In this document: positions 61,667-64,000 of the stretch, piece after piece | Numbering within the stretch: the stretch's first letter is position 1 | Layout of the letters: each line of letters opens with the position of its first letter | Assembly (NCBI GenBank): GCA_045637905.1 | Contig: JAZUAJ010000008.1 | Span: forward strand, 25,085 to 89,084 | Source: Christensenellaceae bacterium | Lineage (GTDB): Bacteria; Bacillota; Clostridia; Christensenellales; Borkfalkiaceae | Direction of reading: 5' to 3' | DNA: 64,000 nt | Position numbers and translations under genes: made by a program | Notes under the pieces: generated by a model | What the model saw: only the letters and a program-made list of their open reading frames with translations | Database searches by the model: none | Told to the model about the DNA's origin: nothing

Positions 61667-62023
61667 ATGCTAAATTTTTCTCAAAAAGCGGTGCTAAAAG
61701 TAATTGACGACCATTGCACTAATAGGGATTCGTGCCTACTGTTACCAAGCGCAATAGTTGCGTTTGTAAAAAGTAAAAAGGTAAACGAAGAAAACGTTTA
61801 CGAAATTTTAAAAAGTTTAGAACAAGGCGGTTATATCGACCTAATTTTAACGAGCGGAAAAGACGGCGATATGTATTGCATAACGTTAACGAGCAAAGGC
61901 AGAAACTTTAAAGAAGAGTATAAAAAAAGTTTAAATGCAATAAAATTTAGGCTACTTCTTGCGCTTTTATCGGCTTGCGTTTCGTTTATCGTTGGCAAAA
62001 TTTTAGTAATTTTATTTGCTTAA
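61667..62023 (+). CDS. hypothetical protein: paralog of the preceding ORF (winged-helix-like N-domain plus C-terminal TM anchor)
   Basis: 118 aa. Starts 1 nt after the upstream stop, with a GGAGAG RBS. Shared pattern ML..K..L..I...C.N...L...I.AF...V.E.V...L...G.I.L...C....T.KG.N.K.E. Confidence 0.55.
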   Translation: MLNFSQKAVLKVIDDHCTNRDSCLLLPSAIVAFVKSKKVNEENVYEILKSLEQGGYIDLILTSGKDGDMYCITLTSKGRNFKEEYKKSLNAIKFRLLLALLSACVSFIVGKILVILFA

Positions 62024-62149
62024 ACTAAAAAAATACGCGCTTTTTATAAAAAAAAAGCGGGTGTAAAATAGCCAAATTAAAAAAAACGCTTTGTTTTATA
62101 TAATTTTTATGTTATTATAAACAATATAACGCCTTTAAGGAGAAAAAAG

Positions 62150-64000
62150 TTGAGCGCCAATAAAAAATTCGAATTAAAAAGTTCATATAAGCCAACGGGC
62201 GACCAACCAAGCGCTATAAAATCGCTAACCGAAGGCGTTTTTGACGGGCTTAAAACACAGGTTTTACTTGGCGTAACGGGTAGTGGTAAAACGTTTACTA
62301 TGGCAAACGTTATAAAAAACGTTCAAAGACCTACCTTAGTAATTGCGCACAATAAAACGTTGGCCGCGCAACTTTGCAACGAGTTTAGAGAGTTTTTTCC
62401 TAATAACGCCGTTGAATATTTCGTTTCTTACTACGATTATTATCAACCGGAATCGTACCTTCCCGCAAGCGATACTTACATTGAAAAAGACTTGTCTATA
62501 AACGATGAAATTGACAAACTTAGGCATAGTGCAACGAGCGCGCTTGGCGAAAGGGAAGACGTGTTAGTGGTTGCGTCCGTTAGTTGCATTTACGGGCTTG
62601 GCGCTCCCGAAGAATATTACAAACTTGCCCTTTCACTTCGCCCTGGCGAAACGGTTGAAAGAGACCAAGTTATGCGCAAACTCGTTTCTATACAATACGA
62701 AAGGCGCGATATTGACTTTCAACGCGGTAGTTTTAGGGTTAGGGGCGATATTTTAGATATTTTTCCAATATCAAATAGCCAAACGGTTATTCGCGTTGAA
62801 TTTTTTGGCGATGAAATTGAAAGCGTTAAAGAAGTTGATTTCGTTACGGGCGAGCCTATTTCAACGCTTAAACACGCCGTAATTTTTCCAGCAAGCCACT
62901 ACGCGGTTGGAAGTGAAAAAATGCAAAGCGCGTTAAAAGCAATAACGCAAGACCTTGAAAACGAAGTTAAGGCTTTTGAAGACGACGGCAAAATTTTAGA
63001 AGCGCAAAGGCTTAAACAACGCACGAGTTACGATATTGAAATGATGAGCGAAATAGGGTATTGTAGCGGTGTTGAAAATTACAGTAGGTATTTTGATGGT
63101 AGAAAGCCTAACGAGCCACCTTTTACCTTGCTTGACTATTTTCCTAAAAATTTCTTATTGTTCGTTGACGAAAGCCATATGACGCTTCCGCAATTAAGGG
63201 CTATGTACAACGGTGATAAAGCGCGCAAAACTAACCTTGTTGATTACGGTTTTAGGCTAAAATCCGCCTTTGATAATAGACCGCTTAAATTTGAAGAATT
63301 TGAAAATAGAATAAACCAAATAATATGCGTTTCCGCAACCCCTGCCGATTACGAATTAAATTTGGCAGACAACGTTGCCGAGCAGTTAATTAGACCAACG
63401 GGGCTTGTTGACCCGCCCGTTGAAATTAGAAAAATTGACGGTCAAATAGACGACCTTGAAGGCGAAATTACAAAAGTAATTGCTACAAACGGCAGAGTTT
63501 TAGTTACTACAATGACTAAAAAAATGGCGGAAAGTTTAACCGAATATTTAAAAGAAAGGCGTTTTAAAGTTCGCTATATGCACAGCGATATAGACACGCT
63601 TGAACGAATTGACATAATAGAAGAACTTCGCACGGGCGAAATTGACGTTTTGGTTGGCATAAATTTACTTAGAGAAGGTTTAGATATTCCCGAAGTTAAA
63701 TTAGTTGCTATTTTAGACGCCGACAAAGAAGGCTTTTTGCGTAGCGACACTTCGCTTATTCAAACCATAGGTAGAACGGCGCGTAATGCCGAAGGTAGAG
63801 TTATAATGTATGCCGACGCTGTTACGGGTAGTATGAAACGCGCAATAGACGAAACTAACCGCCGTAGAAAAATTCAAACGGAATATAACAAAGAGCACGG
63901 AATAGTGCCAAAAACTATTATAAAAGACGTTAAAAACACTCTCGTTATAACCAAAAAAATTGATAAAACTAAAGATATTAAACTTAAAGATATTCCAGAA
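62150..64000 (+). CDS. uvrB: excinuclease ABC subunit B, truncated by the window edge
   Basis: Not in the track (no stop in the window). TTG start at 62150 with an AAGGAG RBS. Translation ...[24 protein letters not shown]...[12 protein letters not shown]...YYDYYQPE... is canonical UvrB. Confidence 0.92.
   Translation, partial: MSANKKFELKSSYKPTGDQPSAIKSLTEGVFDGLKTQVLLGVTGSGKTFTMANVIKNVQRPTLVIAHNKTLAAQLCNEFREFFPNNAVEYFVSYYDYYQPESYLPASDTYIEKDLSINDEIDKLRHSATSALGEREDVLVVASVSCIYGLGAPEEYYKLALSLRPGETVERDQVMRKLVSIQYERRDIDFQRGSFRVRGDILDIFPISNSQTVIRVEFFGDEIESVKEVDFVTGEPISTLKHAVIFPASHYAVGSEKMQSALKAITQDLENEVKAFEDDGKILEAQRLKQRTSYDIEMMSEIGYCSGVENYSRYFDGRKPNEPPFTLLDYFPKNFLLFVDESHMTLPQLRAMYNGDKARKTNLVDYGFRLKSAFDNRPLKFEEFENRINQIICVSATPADYELNLADNVAEQLIRPTGLVDPPVEIRKIDGQIDDLEGEITKVIATNGRVLVTTMTKKMAESLTEYLKERRFKVRYMHSDIDTLERIDIIEELRTGEIDVLVGINLLREGLDIPEVKLVAILDADKEGFLRSDTSLIQTIGRTARNAEGRVIMYADAVTGSMKRAIDETNRRRKIQTEYNKEHGIVPKTIIKDVKNTLVITKKIDKTKDIKLKDIPE

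Noticed and set aside
62024-62149. SOS box upstream of uvrB
   Set aside because: No GAAC-N4-GTTC element is present. The nearest look-alike, AAACGCTTTGTTT, has the wrong spacing and degenerate tetrads.

Overview
Low-GC, Firmicutes/Clostridia-like chromosomal segment. Supporting signs are AGGAGG-type ribosome-binding sites, a Cheo-type LexA box, and Bacillus-like synteny (lspA-rluD-pyrR-pyrP and plsX-rnc-smc-ftsY). About 1-37.5 kb and 57.5-64 kb are housekeeping. They hold a guanine-riboswitch xpt + BMP/ABC nucleoside-uptake operon, minDE, fba, a solitary mazF, pncB, lspA, rluD, attenuator-controlled pyrR-pyrP and a TPP-riboswitch thiT. They also hold a YfbR-like HD nucleotidase, a LOG-family protein, an SOS-box-preceded radical-SAM/TIGR03915-like DNA-repair pair, aspS, uxuA-SGNH-uxuB-like, rubrerythrin, asnS, plsX, rnc, smc, ftsY, polA, coaE, an SLT transglycosylase and uvrB (edge-truncated). 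About 37.5-57.5 kb is accessory-looking. It starts with a ~180 bp MITE-like long hairpin after ftsY and a large ferritin-like diiron protein. Next comes a ~0.8 kb cI/Cro-type switch remnant with three palindromic operators and an ACTATCATG repeat array abutting tRNA-Ser. A ~16.4 kb carbohydrate island follows, lying between inward-facing tRNA-Thr and tRNA-Leu. The island is built from four AraC divergons: GH89-like + DMT permease, DMT permease + atypical GH42-like protein, GNAT + long Gfo/Idh/MocA, and GH38 alpha-mannosidase, plus a PfkB kinase. The tRNA-Leu flank is the most unusual non-coding region. It has a decayed tRNA-Leu copy that keeps an exact 21-nt 3' end and carries a ~66-nt double-hairpin insertion where the anticodon arm should be. 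It also has a 49-nt direct repeat and a promoter-to-terminator bounded ~265-nt multi-hairpin region. An orphan phage BppU/tail-fibre-like 728-aa gene sits divergent to the SOS-box promoter. No CRISPR array, rRNA, integrase or transposase gene was seen. All protein family calls rest on motif recognition by eye and need profile searches to confirm.
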